A DNA stretch of 64,000 bases from Vicugna vicugna (Eukaryota), in the NCBI GenBank assembly GCA_013265495.1, contig MU058714.1, positions 1,798,001-1,862,000 of the forward strand, in the 5' to 3' direction. The notes under the pieces are model-generated. The model was not told the origin of the DNA and searched no databases. It was given only the letters and a program-made list of their open reading frames with translations. Made by a program: the position numbers and the translations under genes. This document shows, one piece after another, positions 23,301 through 41,200 of this stretch (positions are counted from its first letter, which is position 1; each line of letters starts with the position of its first letter).

Positions 23301-26300
23301 GGCCGCAACCCCAGTCCTGCCCTGTGGATGAAGGGCCCCCCCTTGGCCCAGTGCCAGGGCCATCTCACTCCTTTGGCCCTGGAACCTCTCCAAACAGCCC
23401 ACCCAGGCCCAGGAGGCAGCCTCTTGTTTGGTGCCCTCTGGCTGGGTGGGTGGGTTCCCCTTCATGGGACCCATCCTCCGTTTGGATGGGGCTGAGCCGC
23501 TTGGTGTCCTGCTGCCTCAGTGCATGTTGGCCACCTTCCCGCCCGCATGGGCAGCGGGCAGGCTCTGGACCCCGACGGGGTTCTGTCCGGTTCTGTCCCC
23601 AGTTTCTGGACTTGATGGAGACAATTGACAGGCAGAGAGAAGAGATGGCCCGGAGCAGCAGGTGAGCATGGCCCCAGAACTAGGGGCAGAGGGGCGGGGC
23701 GGTGGAGGTGCCCGGGGTTCGAGTCCGGCTCTAGCCTCCGAGTGACCTCACCTGTGGTCGTGGGGTGTATTCCCTGAGCCAGTGGGCTGGAGGGTCAGAG
23801 GCAGCACCGAGCACATTCTCAGCCCACTGTGTGAGCATGACGACCAGCGGCTGCTACAGGGCCAACCCCGGAGAGGCTCTGGGGCTTGGGCTTCGTGGAC
23901 CTTCCTCTTGGCCCGCAGGGCATCAGCAGTGCGTGTAGGGCAGCTTCAGGAAGCCCTGGATGAGAGGCACTCCGTCATCAAAGCCCTCAAGGCCAAGTAA
24001 GGAGGAACAGAGCACAGGACTGGGGTCGGGGGTGCTTTGGAACACTTTAGAGACCTGCCCACAGGGCAGAGGAGGACTGTCCAGGCAAGGACTCAAGACC
24101 CCAGTGTACAAAGTAGAAGTGGGAAGCGGCTGGGGTGCTGACTTGGGAAGGCTTTTTGGAGGAGCCGAGTGTTAGCTGGGTAGAGACCTGGCACGAGTTA
24201 GAACAGCAAGGCCTTAGCAAGGCTGGAGGCGGGGCCGGGGCGGAGCTCACAGCCTGCTGGCAAGGCTGGCTCTTCCTCCTTGCAGGCTGCAGATGGCAGA
24301 GGCCGCCCTGGCTCTGTCGGAGCAGAAGGCCCGGGACCTGGGGGAGCTCCTGGCCGCTGCAGAACAGGAACGTCGGAGCCAGGCACAGAGACAGGCGAAG
24401 GAGCACAGGCTGGAGCAGCAGGCGGGCAGGGAGGGCTGGGCGGCAGGCGGGCGTGGGGCAGGCAGATGGGGCGTGGCGGCGGGTGGCCAGTGACGCCCTT
24501 TCCCTGTCTCACCCCCAGGAAGCTGCAGAGCGGGAGTCGAAGCTCTTCAGAGACTTGTCTGCTGCCAATGAAAAGAACCTGCTTCTGCGAAACCAGGTCT
24601 GGGGGCGTGGGGCCAGGCGCCTGGAGAGCCCGGGGTGGGGCTTCGCGACAGGGACCCAAGCTTCCCTCCCTGGACACTGGCTCAGGTGGACGAGCTGGAG
24701 CGGAAGGCGAAGACTCAGCAGGAGCAGCTGTTCCTGGCCCGGCAGGAGCTGAGCAACACGGCTGCTGAGCTGAAGCTGCGGGCAGTCCAGGCCGAAGGTA
24801 GGCACACCAGGCCAGCTGCTGGGGCCTGGGGACGGGGACCCTGGGAGCCAGGGGGCCACCAGAGGAGCCCTGCCCACGCGATCCCCCGTGCTTCCAGAGC
24901 GCCTGGAGCTCGAGAAGAAGAGGTCCCGGCAGAGCCTGGAGGACTCGGAGCACTTGCGCTTCACGGAGGTTCCTCATTGGTCACGTTCTCTGGCCTTTGC
25001 CCCTCACGTCCCCACCAGGGCCTGTGGACACCTCGGTCTGACACAGTGTCAAGGCACACTCCCAGTGCGCTCCCCCAGGAGCCCGTGGGGCTCTGGTGGC
25101 AGTTTTCCACCAGTCCTGGCAGGTGTCAGACCCAGAACCTCCTGACCAGTTTCTAGAAGGGACCCTGACCGTGCTGTCACCCCAGTGCAAGCTGCCATGT
25201 GCTCCGTGCCATCGGGGGGTGGGGGGTGGACAGCGCTGGGATGGACCCTCCATCCTTGCTATCTGCAAGGACGCTTGGGGCAGCCCTCGCTTGGAAAGGT
25301 CAGATGAGGACACACGTCCCATCAGCACCACGTCCACCCCACCACAAGCCCCCACCTGGAAGGGTCCCCATGATTCACTTGCCTCCTGGGGTGGGGATCC
25401 AAAGAGCCGAAGGTGGGGGAGCCAGCCTGCCGGCCCCATCCCTGCGCCCCGCAGGTGGAACACATGACTCGGCACCTGGAGGAGAGTGAGAGGGCCATGC
25501 AGGAGAGGGTGCAGAGGCTGGAAGCCGCGCGGCTGTCCCTGGAGGAGGTGAGCTGGGCGCTGGAGCTCTGCCCTCCCCTGGGGAGGCCGGATGTGGCCGG
25601 GACGGGTTCCTGGGCCGCAGGAAGGACCCAGGGGTTGCTGTCTGTGGTGCAGGAGCTGAGCCGGGCTAAGGCAGCAGCGCTCAGTGAGCGGAGCCAAGCC
25701 GAGGAGGAGCTTGTCAAGGCCAAGAACCAAGTCCGTCTGGAGGAGGTGAGCCCAAGGCCGCTGCCTACTGCTGGCAGCGCCCACCATAGGGAGAGGTCTG
25801 AGGGGCTGCCAGGGGCTCTCTGGATTGTACGGCACCGCAGGCTTCAGGGGGCCAGATCAGGGCTGTCCCCTATCTCTGTAGGGAGGGAGTCGAGAATGGA
25901 AGCTCCAGGGGTGCAGGAGTGGGGAAGAGTCAGACCACATCTACCCCCCACAAATAGCCAACATCTTCCAGGCCCGTGGGGAAGGGGTTTGGCCCAAACA
26001 TGCAGCCCGTGACGGCATGGTGGAAGTGGGAGACCAGAGGGCAGGATGGCATCAGCCTGGGGCCTGGAGGAGGAGCCCGGGGAGAGTGGTCCCCAGAGGC
26101 TCCCCGTTCAAGCTGAGCCCATTCAGAGCAGTATTCGCAACAACTTTAGCGACAGTGCGGTTTCCACACAGCAAATAAAAGCTCCTCTCAGCCTGAAGCG
26201 GGGAGTAGGGGGTCACTGCCCACGTGAGCTCAGGGCCACGGGCCAGAAAGCAATTCACCAGCCCCTCCCCCATGCCTGCAGCAGCAGCGCCTGGCTCACC

Positions 26301-27113
26301 TGGAGGAGAAGCTGCGGCTGCTGGCGCAGGCGCGGGATGAGGCTCAGAGCGCCTGCCTGCAGCAGAAGCAGACGGTGGCCGATGCCCAGGCGAGGGCCAG
26401 CCAGCTGGGCCTGCAGGTGGAGGGCCTGCAGCGGCGCCTGGAGGAGCTGCAGCAGGTAGCTGGGACTTTGAGGGCTACCGGGGGTGCCCCTGCCCCAGCC
26501 TCCATCTCACCCCCCACCACCCACACGCTTGGCAGGAACTGAGCAACAAGGACCAAGAAAAGGTCGCCGAAGTGACCAGGGTGCGGGTGGAGCTGCAGGA
26601 GCAGAAAGGCCGCCTGAAGGCTGAGCTGACGGCCCAGGAGGCGCTTAAGGAGAAGGTGGCAGCCCTGGAGCGCCAGCTGAAAGGTGAGCTGGGCCTGGAG
26701 ACCCCCACAGAGAGTCTGCAGGACCTCCCTCACTGGGTCATCCCACAGGGGGCTGGCCTGGCCTGCCGATCCTGGCTGAGGCCTCAGCTCCCGGAGGTCC
26801 TGGCACAAGAGGCAAGTGTGAGCAAGCCTGGTCCCCCAGCCCCCAGTGGGCTTCTGGAATGGCAGGCGCCCAGACAGCGCCCAGCGCCCCTTCCTCACCA
26901 AGCTTCCTCCCTGCAGTGATCGCGAGTGACCACCGGGAGGCACTGCTGGACAGGGAGAGTGAGAACGCCTCCCTCCGTGAGAAGCTTCGACTCAAGGAAG
27001 CAGAGATCACCCGGATCCGGGATGAGGAGGCCCAGAGGGCCAGCTTTCTGCAAAATGCTGTTCTGGCTTATGTGCAAGGGTCCCCCCTGAGGACCCTGAG
27101 CCCCCAGAAATGA
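20332..27113 (+). CDS. LRRC45: Leucine-rich repeat-containing protein 45 (centrosome linker), 670 aa
   Basis: 17 exons: 20332-20551, 21147-21208, 21560-21630, 21895-22073, 22283-22411, 23150-23262, 23603-23661, 23919-23996, 24286-24421, 24519-24596, 24686-24797, 24898-24968, 25455-25547, 25653-25745, 26282-26455, 26536-26683, 26917-27113 = 2013 nt. [21 protein letters not shown]...[10 protein letters not shown]. Intron 9 is GC-AG. Confidence 0.96.
20886..20997 (-). mobile_element. tRNA-derived SINE (camelid-type)
   Basis: ggaggtactggggattgaacccaggacctcgtgcatgctaggcacacattctgccactgagctgtacc = reverse of Pol III A/B boxes, with T-rich tail on the left. Confidence 0.85.
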
Positions 27114-28180
27114 GGGGAGGCAGGAAAACTCCGAGCAGCAGGAAGGTGGCATCTGTTGGACGTCTGGGTCATACCGCTGCCCATCCCTTCCTCTCAAGGG
27201 ACAGGCCATCCATCGGGCACGCCCGGGCTGTTTGGGCAGAGTCTACAGCTGGTGACTCGGAAAATCAGTGGCGGGGTGGATCTGAGAGCAGCCCCGCTGA
27301 GGGGGCCCAGAGGGCTGGCCAAGGGGGTTGGGGGTTGGAGTGGGCCCTGGCTCCTCCCCACTCCTTCGGTCCAGTCCCAGGGAGGAGGAGATGTGCCTGA
27401 GAGCACAGACCCTCATGGAAGACGGGGGGAGCGGCCCTGAGCCCTCCATGCCCCTCCGCCTCTGTTCAGTCACCTTCTAACAGCAACCCTGAGCTCAGCG
27501 GCCCCAGCGCGCCCTCTCTCCGGCAGTTCTGAAATACAGGCTTTTGTACTTTGTGATACATTTTGGTCCCAGAGCCTTTCTCCCACATCAGCCAGTACTC
27601 CCAAGGCTGGACCCTGCAGAAAATACCCTCTAGGTGTGGCTGGGTCACTCCCCACAACTGCTGCCAGATGGAGGTGGTGGTCTGGCTACTGCAGCAGACG
27701 GGAGGGGAGGGTGACAGCTGGGCCCGGGGTTGCCCGCCTTGGGGGCCTGTGGTGACTGCAAACACCAGTTGTCTCCAGCTGTCTCCTGGTTGAAGGGTGG
27801 GTGGACCCTGGGAGTGCTCTCCCTGCAAGAAACCCTGTGCGCATGGACCACCCAAACCTGTCCAGGTGGGTGGGAGCCGCCTGCCTGCGCGGTGCCTTAG
27901 TGTGGGTCACAGGAGCTCGGGGACCGGATCGGGGGGGGATGCGTCATATCCCCGCCCCCCACCAGATTTCTCTGGAAGGCGCGTTGGTCTGGGTTCGGGG
28001 CGGGTCCGCGCCCCCCGCCCGCCCGACCGGCCGCGCTCGGCTGTCTCCGCGCCCGGCGCTCGGCGGCGCTCGGCTGTCTCCGGCCGCTCGGCTCGGCGCT
28101 CGGCTCCGGTCCGCGGCGGCTGCGGCGCCGGGCATTTCTCCGCAGCTCGGCTCACGGCCGCGCCCGCCCGGCCCGCGCCC

Positions 28181-30311
<2,131 letters not shown>

Positions 30312-30665
30312 AACCACACTTCTGGAGGCACAGCCCGTGCCCACCCATGTCTGTCCTGTCGAGTTGTTCGATGTCCCCTCGTCCGCGGTGGGGGAATGGT
30401 GTGGGTGGGGAGGGGAAGGAAGCATGGGGACCAGGCTGCTGTCCCTGGTGGCGGTGCTGGGGCTGGGAGGTCCTGTCCACCTCTTTCCAGGGGCACAGCT
30501 CCGGCCTCCCCTGGTCCCTACGGGAGGCCAGAAGGGAGCAGGGACTCCCTCAGGCTGCAGGGGCGGGCCCAGGGCAGCCCCAGGATGGGCTTCCCTGCTG
30601 GGGGAGTTTGGGGGGTGGGTTCTGTTCTTTGCCCCAGGATGGGGCGGCCCTATCTTATTTTATAC

Positions 30666-30671
30666 AATAAA
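30666..30671 (+). terminator. RAC3 polyadenylation signal AATAAA
   Basis: AATAAA after an AU-rich stretch, about 355 nt past the stop. Confidence 0.85.
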
Positions 30672-32097
30672 CGTTCTCCACCATCTCCTGCCTGTCTGGC
30701 TGCCTGAGCTGCTCCTCTCACCCTGCCTGCCCCTCTGCCCTCGGGTGCTCTGCCCCCAGTCCCCGTCCCAATTCGTGGGTACAGAGCAGGTGACCTTGAT
30801 CCCCCAGCCCTGGGCCAGAGAAGAAGGAAGAGCTTGCTGAGCTGTCAGTTTCCAAAGGAGGGACCCGGATCATAGTGGGAGCAAATGCACTTGGCCCCTT
30901 CCGGATGAAGACGGCCCCTCTCATGTGGACGGGGCCTCTGGAGGGGCTCGGCCTGGGGAGCAGGTGGGCTCTGTCTGCTTAAGCAGTTCCCAGGTGTGGC
31001 AGGGGGCAGTGTGGCCCCAACAGCCTAGGGCAAGGCTGTTCCGCCCAGTCTGGGGAACACTGAGCGGAGTCCCAAGGAGCCAGGCTGTGAGAAGGAAAGG
31101 CATCCAGGCAGAGGGGCCCATGAAGCTGTGGAGGTAGGACAAGCGTGGTGTGGACGGGGAGGAGGGACGGCAGGGAGCCTGCAGCCTGGGAGGGCCCGGG
31201 AGCCTGGCCTGGCACCAACTTCACCCCGAGGACACAGGGCACCACTCCTCCTGGGCAGACCCATGATGAGAAGGCCACACTCTGCTACCCAGACTGTGGG
31301 TCTCTGAGCCGACTGCTAAACCTCAGGAAATTTGCTGGCCAGCTTTTAAGCCGCTATTGTTAATAATTATATAAACTTACAACTAGTTCTGTCAAAGACA
31401 CAATTTAACAAATGCTCAAAGCACATCACTTTCTAATTATTTTTGTACATTATTATCTGTGCTTTCGGGTGGGGTCATTTAGAGCTACTGTGTCTGCGTG
31501 GTGGGGACACCAGGCAGAGGTGAGGGGTTCCCGTCTCTCCCCAGCGCCGCCTCAAGGACATCAAACAGGTGGGAGTATCTACACCATGGAAGTGGGCAAA
31601 TTCTGCAGCTGGAGCTTGTGCTGTGCCTGTGTTCAGTACATGGTGAATAACTCAAAAAGTTGAGGAAATGTTCTCAGCAGTTGAAAACCATCTGATTCAG
31701 CAAAGAAGTCACTCGAGTCAACAAAGTAGTGACTTTCCAACACTGCCTCCTCAGTTCACTTCTGTCTTTTATGCGCTGACTTCCAGGAATCCCAGCCAAC
31801 GTTTGTGTTCAAAACACTACTGCTTCCACCCCAGAGGCCTCTCTGGACCAGGTCAAAGGCCATCCTTGGTCAAATTCACTAGCCTCTTTAGGAGGTTCCA
31901 TCTCCCAGCCCTGCCAGGGACTTAGCCAGGCCTGCAGACCTCAGGCTGGGGAGCCAGGCTGCCGCCCGGCCTGGGATGTGAGTTGAATGGGCATCTCTAT
32001 CTGGGACTCACTCCCACACTCAGCCCTGAGCTCTGCATCTTCCAGCCACTCGACAGCAGCCTAGGAATCAGCATGCAGGCTGGGCAGAAGAGTCAGG

Positions 32098-32103
32098 TTT
32101 ATT
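32098..32103 (-). terminator. DCXR polyadenylation signal
   Basis: TTTATT on +, about 70 nt past the stop. Confidence 0.8.
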
Positions 32104-32173
32104 GGAGGGATGGAGAAGGGGACGGTTAAGGTGGGCTCAGCGTGGAACAGGAGTACGTGTGGGTGGAGGGGGC

Positions 32174-33915
<1,742 letters not shown>

Positions 33916-36027
33916 GAGGTCCGGCTTGGCCCTGCACACTGCGGCCGCCCTACTGCGAGCCCAGGGGTCCAGGAGGGCGCGGGGCGGGGCGAGGCGGGCC
34001 AATCGCAGGGCGGTATTCTGGCGGGAGGCGGGGACATCCAAATAGCCTGCCCACGGAGGCGATTGGTCGAAATAGGTGGGCGTGGCCGGGGCGGGGCAGG
34101 CGGGGAGGGTCCCCGCCGGACACTGGGGCGGGGTTTTTCAAGCGGCTGGGTGGCGACCCTTCTACCCGGGGCGCTAAACTGGTTTAGCTGACCCTGCCAG
34201 CATTTTTCCCTTACCAAGATTATTAGAAAAAAACACAGGTGTGGTAGTTAATAGCAGAAAGAATGTGTAACTACACGCGAAATGGAGAACTCAGTGCCAA
34301 CATTTTCTGTTTTGTTTCTGAGAAGAAAAATTTGGTGAAAAGGATCGCATGCTCTCCTCCCCCAGACCTGGGAGGGGCTCACGCCGGCTCACTTGTGCTC
34401 AGAGGGCAAGGGTTTAGATAACCCAATAAGCCTGAAGAAGAGGCCAAGACCAACTACCGTGGGCTTTAGCCTCAAAAGGAGTTGAAACTCTAGCTCACTT
34501 GGCCAGCCCACAGAAGGCCACAGCACTTTAAAAACGTGGGTAGGATGGGAGGGGATAAGCCTGGGGTCACTGGGGTACACAGTGAACAGCAGAGGCAAAC
34601 ATTGCCCTGCAGCTTTAGGGCCAGTGACAGATGTATGTGTGCTCCTGTGCCCACGTATTTGCTGGCTCCCCCTGTAAAAGCTACTTTGTTCTGTGGGTCA
34701 TGGTGGGAAAGTCTAGAAACACTGCCCTGAGAACCTTCTGAGGCCAGGAGTAGGGAATTGGTGATTGCAGGGCGGTCGGGTCACTGGGGCCAGAGAGGTG
34801 GACAGTCTGGAGAAGAGGATGGCCAGGTCCAGCAAGAGTCAGAGCTGAGAAACGCCTGGCGGACAGCCAACAAGCCCCTACCAGACCTAGCCCTGTGGTG
34901 CAGCCCACACCCCCTGGCCACCCAGCACACCCTGCCTTCTGCTTCTAACCTTGGACCCTGCCCTCTGCCTGTCCCAGGCTGAGAGTGGGAGACAGCCCCC
35001 AGCCTGTCCTTCCTGAAAAGCCCATCTGCCCAGGTCCCTGCACTGGCTTTTCCTGGCCCCCGGAATGGTGTCCAGATCCTTTCACTTGTCTGTGCTCCTC
35101 ACTGAGCCAGCTGGACTGACCCAAACCAACTCTGGCACAGACCTTGATTTAGGAGGCCCTGCAGCTGGCCAGAGTGGCCTCAGCACTCCTCACCCCTGCT
35201 CCATGCCCTCTGCTCTCCCAGCCCAGTGTACCAGTGCCTGGAGGGCCCCACCCCAGTCCCTCATCCCTTGCCCCCTTGCCCAGGGTTGGATACTGTGCCA
35301 GTCCAGCTGACTGGTCACCTCAGGCCTCGTCACACTCAGGACCTTGACCCATGCAAGCACAACTGAATCCCAGCAGGCCCTGCCTGCAAGACCCTCTAGC
35401 TGTTCAGGCTGCAGAGCTGTTGTGCCCAGATTCAGGCCACGGACAGTAGGTACAGCAGCAGCTGTGGACCCCTCCCCAGCTTGGGCTGCCCTCTCGTGGG
35501 TGGTCTTGTGGGGGAAGGTGTGCCCCAAGGTGGAGCTGGGTTCCTCAGGGTTGGATAAACTGTGCTGGTCCAGCACCCCGCCCCTCACGCCCAGGCTAAG
35601 CGTTCAGTCCCATCTCCCCTAGGGCTGGCCTATGGTCCAGGGCATCTCCCCAGACCCTCCTCAGACCCTCTCCCCTCCGCTGCCGGCAGTAGTCAAAGCG
35701 AAGACTCTGGGCTGAAGGGCGGAGCCAGAGCCGCAGGCAGGAAAGGTGGCCACAGGCTGCCCTCCGTCCTCTGCCCAGAGCTGGTTGGGTGTTTTGTCAG
35801 GGACCTGGATATGAGGAATCTCTTCCTTTGCCAGGAATCGCGGCCAGTCAGCTCAAAGGCAGGGTCAGCGGTGGAATGGGGGCATGTCGGGGTGCGCTTC
35901 GAATAGGCCACCTGCTCACTTCTTGGAAGGTGAATGTGCCCCCCAGCCCCGACCCTCCCCTTCCCAGCGTCGCGGCGAGCCCATCCAGAGCCCAGGGAAC
36001 TCGCCTGCTGCAGGAGAATGGCCTGCG

Positions 36028-36033
36028 TTTATT
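36028..36033 (-). terminator. CBR2 polyadenylation signal
   Basis: TTTATT on +, about 335 nt past the stop. Confidence 0.7.
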
Positions 36034-36366
36034 TAGGCAAATCCACCCCGCACCGCAAAAGACGCAGTGGGTGGGGGCGACAGGGGCGGGGTCTCACGGC
36101 AGCGCGGGTGTGGGTGCCTGAAATGTGGAATGTGGTCTGGAAGTGGGGCGTGCTAGCGGGTCGGGAAGGGGAGCCCAGGCCAGGGGAGCCAGGCAGTGGG
36201 GTGGGGGCGGCGGGCCCGGCGGCGGGCGCAGAGGGGTGGGCCGGGGGCGTGGCCGGGCGTGGGGCAGGGAGCCTGGCCGGGCGTGGGGCGGGGCCCGGTG
36301 TAGAAGCGCGGCGGGGCGGGGAGCGGGGCCGAGCGTCATCCGCCCGGCCGCCCGGCGCAGGGACAT

Positions 36367-38238
<1,872 letters not shown>

Positions 38239-38286
38239 GATGCCAACTCCAAGCCTCTGTCCAACAGGAGAGGCAGGCGTGGAGGG

Positions 38287-38292
38287 TTTATA
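38287..38292 (-). promoter_or_regulatory. TATA box of CBR2
   Basis: TATAAA on - strand, about 50 nt upstream of the ATG, in a CpG-poor promoter. Confidence 0.65.
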
Positions 38293-41200
38293 AGCCTGGG
38301 CTGGAGCGGGTTGGGTGGCAGTGGGGTGTGGTGTGTGGGCTGGCCCGAGGCAGGCAGCACCAGGCCGCCTTGCACTGCTTCCTTGTACACAGAAACCTGC
38401 CTCCCTGGAAGGGGCCACCCTCCTCACCCACAACCCAAAGATGCCAGCCAGAAGCTCCATCCTCGGTTTTGGAAAATAAATTAAAAAGAAACCCTGGTGT
38501 GGGTAATATGCCCCTTCCTGGCTGCTAGGGGAAGGTGGCCTGGAGCTGGCCCCTGCAGCCTTGGGCCAGTGCCCCGGGGTGATGGCCAAGGCACACTGTG
38601 CTCAAGGCTGGCCCCCTACACCTGCCAACCCCGACCGCACCGTGGGGTCTAGGTTGGCCGACGAACTGAGCGCACCGGAGAGTCCTAACCCTGCTGCTTG
38701 CAGTCACCCACAGGATGGGTGGCTCTGCTCAGTGTGCCCACAGCCAGCTTCATGCAACCTTCTGTTCCTTCCACATGATTTCCTCCTGTTTCTGTGGATG
38801 TAAGTCAGCAAGGCCACGCAGTTCCTCGTGTGTGTGCCTCACGCCCTTTGTGGGTCTCACTGCATCTGTCACCCCCTGGGCCCTCCTGAGACTTGAGTCT
38901 GGTTGAGGGTTTGAAGCAGGAGAGGCGGAGGGCTGGGTGCTCTGAAGGACCAGCGGTTCCCTGCAAGGCACCTCAGGGTGGCGGTCTCAGGTTCTTCAGG
39001 CAAAGCGGCCCAGACTGGGCTCCAGGGAAGGGGCTGGAAGGGCTGCTTCCACTGGGAGAGGAGGCCCAGCACAGCGGAGTGGGCCCCCATCCCACTGTCC
39101 CAGGCTCACTCCTTACCAGCTGATGCTGCAGCTTTAAGGACACGGTCCCTGCTGGGTTAGGAATTCAGCTTGTGATTCAGGCTGAGATGCTGAGTCTGGT
39201 TTTGGAAGTATCCCCCAGCAAAGCAGCATCTCCTCTGTGGCTACCCCAGATGCTCTCAGGTCCCTCATGCAGGCCTTGGGTGGGAATGTCCCTCCCCCCC
39301 GGGCTCTTAGAGGCGACCACCCTACCCTGTGATGTGTCAGCTGGGAGCCCAGGGCACATGACCAGGCGGGCTCCGGGGCTGGGAGGCCTCGTGGCGGACA
39401 CAACCCACTGCTCCAGCAAGTGGGTACCAGCCAGCCCCAGGAGAGGGGCAGAGGGCCTCACACCCCGCACGCCCAGCACACACCCCACAGCCAACACAGC
39501 TCCGACACTGGCCCCACACTGCACTGCGGACTGGTTTTCTGCTCTTGAGATTCTGGGTTCTTCACCCTCCAGAATCGTCCCTCAAAGGCTGCCCTCTACC
39601 CTGGGGTCAGAGGCTATGGCCCTGAGGTGAGGGGAAAGGGGAGGGGGTGCCTGCACCCCAGGGCAGGGTGTGCAGAGGCCCCCCACCGCCTCGCCCCAGC
39701 TCCCCCGGCTCCTGACGCGGGCTCGTCTGAGTCTCCAAAAGGAAAGCTGTGTGCTCATGCCTGAAGCAAAGGGAGTAACCCTGTACGTTGGCTCACGCTC
39801 TGTGTCCACGACGCGCACGGGGCAAGCCACGAGCCCCTCCCTGGGGCTGGGCCCATGCGCATTAGCCTGTGTGCCAAAACCGCGGCTCTCTCGCGTCCAG
39901 TGTGTTGGATGGGTTAGCTTTGCTCAGAGAGGTCTGGCCCTGGCCTGCTCGTCTGGGGTGGGATCTCCGGGCCCCACAATGTCCTGCCTGATGGGAGCAT
40001 CTTGGTTGCTGGGGGTCTTGCCCACCTGATGGTCCAATGTGCGATCTGTGCTCGGGGCTCTGGGAAAGCGCGTGTCATTTCTGACCTCTGGGAACAGCTG
40101 GGTCTGAAGGACAGCCAGCCATGTGGGCAGAAGGTGATAAGGCCCCAGTGAGTACCGCAACAATACAAACACCACGAGCTTCCCCGGGGGCAGTACTCCG
40201 TGTGTGTTGTCACACGTCTGGCCGCAGTCAGGCTCGTGTTTGGACCCTCCCAGACTCTGTCCTTTGCGTCTCTTCCTTCAGCTGAGTGCTGAATCCTTCT
40301 GTTACGGTACTGATCCCAAGTACCACACTTTCCTGAGGTCGGTGGGTCACTCTAGCCGACTGTGGGAACTTGGGTGTCTGGGAGACGGGCCACACCCTCT
40401 GGGCCTGGAAACCAAGCCTGTCTCCCAGCACGGGAGTCTGGGAGCAGCGGGACCTACTGGGCTCCTGTGGCCCATCCTGGCGCTGCCCCTTCTTGCAGGC
40501 CAAGCTGAGTCCAGGGCCCCCTCTTGCTCCAGACCCTTCCTCATCCTCCACTGCTCCTGCCCGGTGCCCACCAGGCCCACTGGCTCTACCGCACGGGGAG
40601 CCTTTGGTCTGACCATGTCCCCAGGTCCCCCTCCCCCAGGCCAGGCCACCTCCACTCCCTGCCAGGCTCCCCTCCAACTTCTTGGCTTCTGGGCCCAGCT
40701 GGGGTGTTAGCTCCTCTGAGGGATCCCCCTCTGGGCTCTGGCACCTCAGGTGTTGACTCTCAGCCCTCTGGCCACTCAGTCACTCATGTTCCCTCTGCCT
40801 TGCGATCACCTGCGTCCTCTGCACCCCCTGTTCCCTGGCACTTGTGAGAGATGCTTCCAGCATGTGTCTGCAGAGTGAATGAACGAACGACACACCCTAA
40901 AACGAGGGTGATAGCCACACGCTGTGGCTGCACAGAGCACAGGCCGTGACCCGCGTCTGCGCAGGGAGCCTGCAGTCGAGCAGGCGGGGCGGGGAACAGG
41001 AGCAGGGCTGCGGGCTACCCTCACAGCAGTCAAGGTCCCCACCCCCGGCTCCTCGTCCGGCCCACGTCCCAGATGGGTGGAAGTGGCTTGTTCTTGTCCG
41101 CAGCGCTGTGACCAAGAAAGCGCTGTTGACAGCGAGGCCTCCTTGACACAGGGCAAGAGTCCTCGAGTGGAGTTTAACTCCCCGGGCAGCATCAGGCCTC

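Noticed and set aside
31340-31800. AT-rich blocks between RAC3 and DCXR (also 34200-34330, 43990-44330, 47180-47280)
   Set aside because: Probably old DNA-transposon or LTR remnants, but I cannot assign family or ends from sequence alone.
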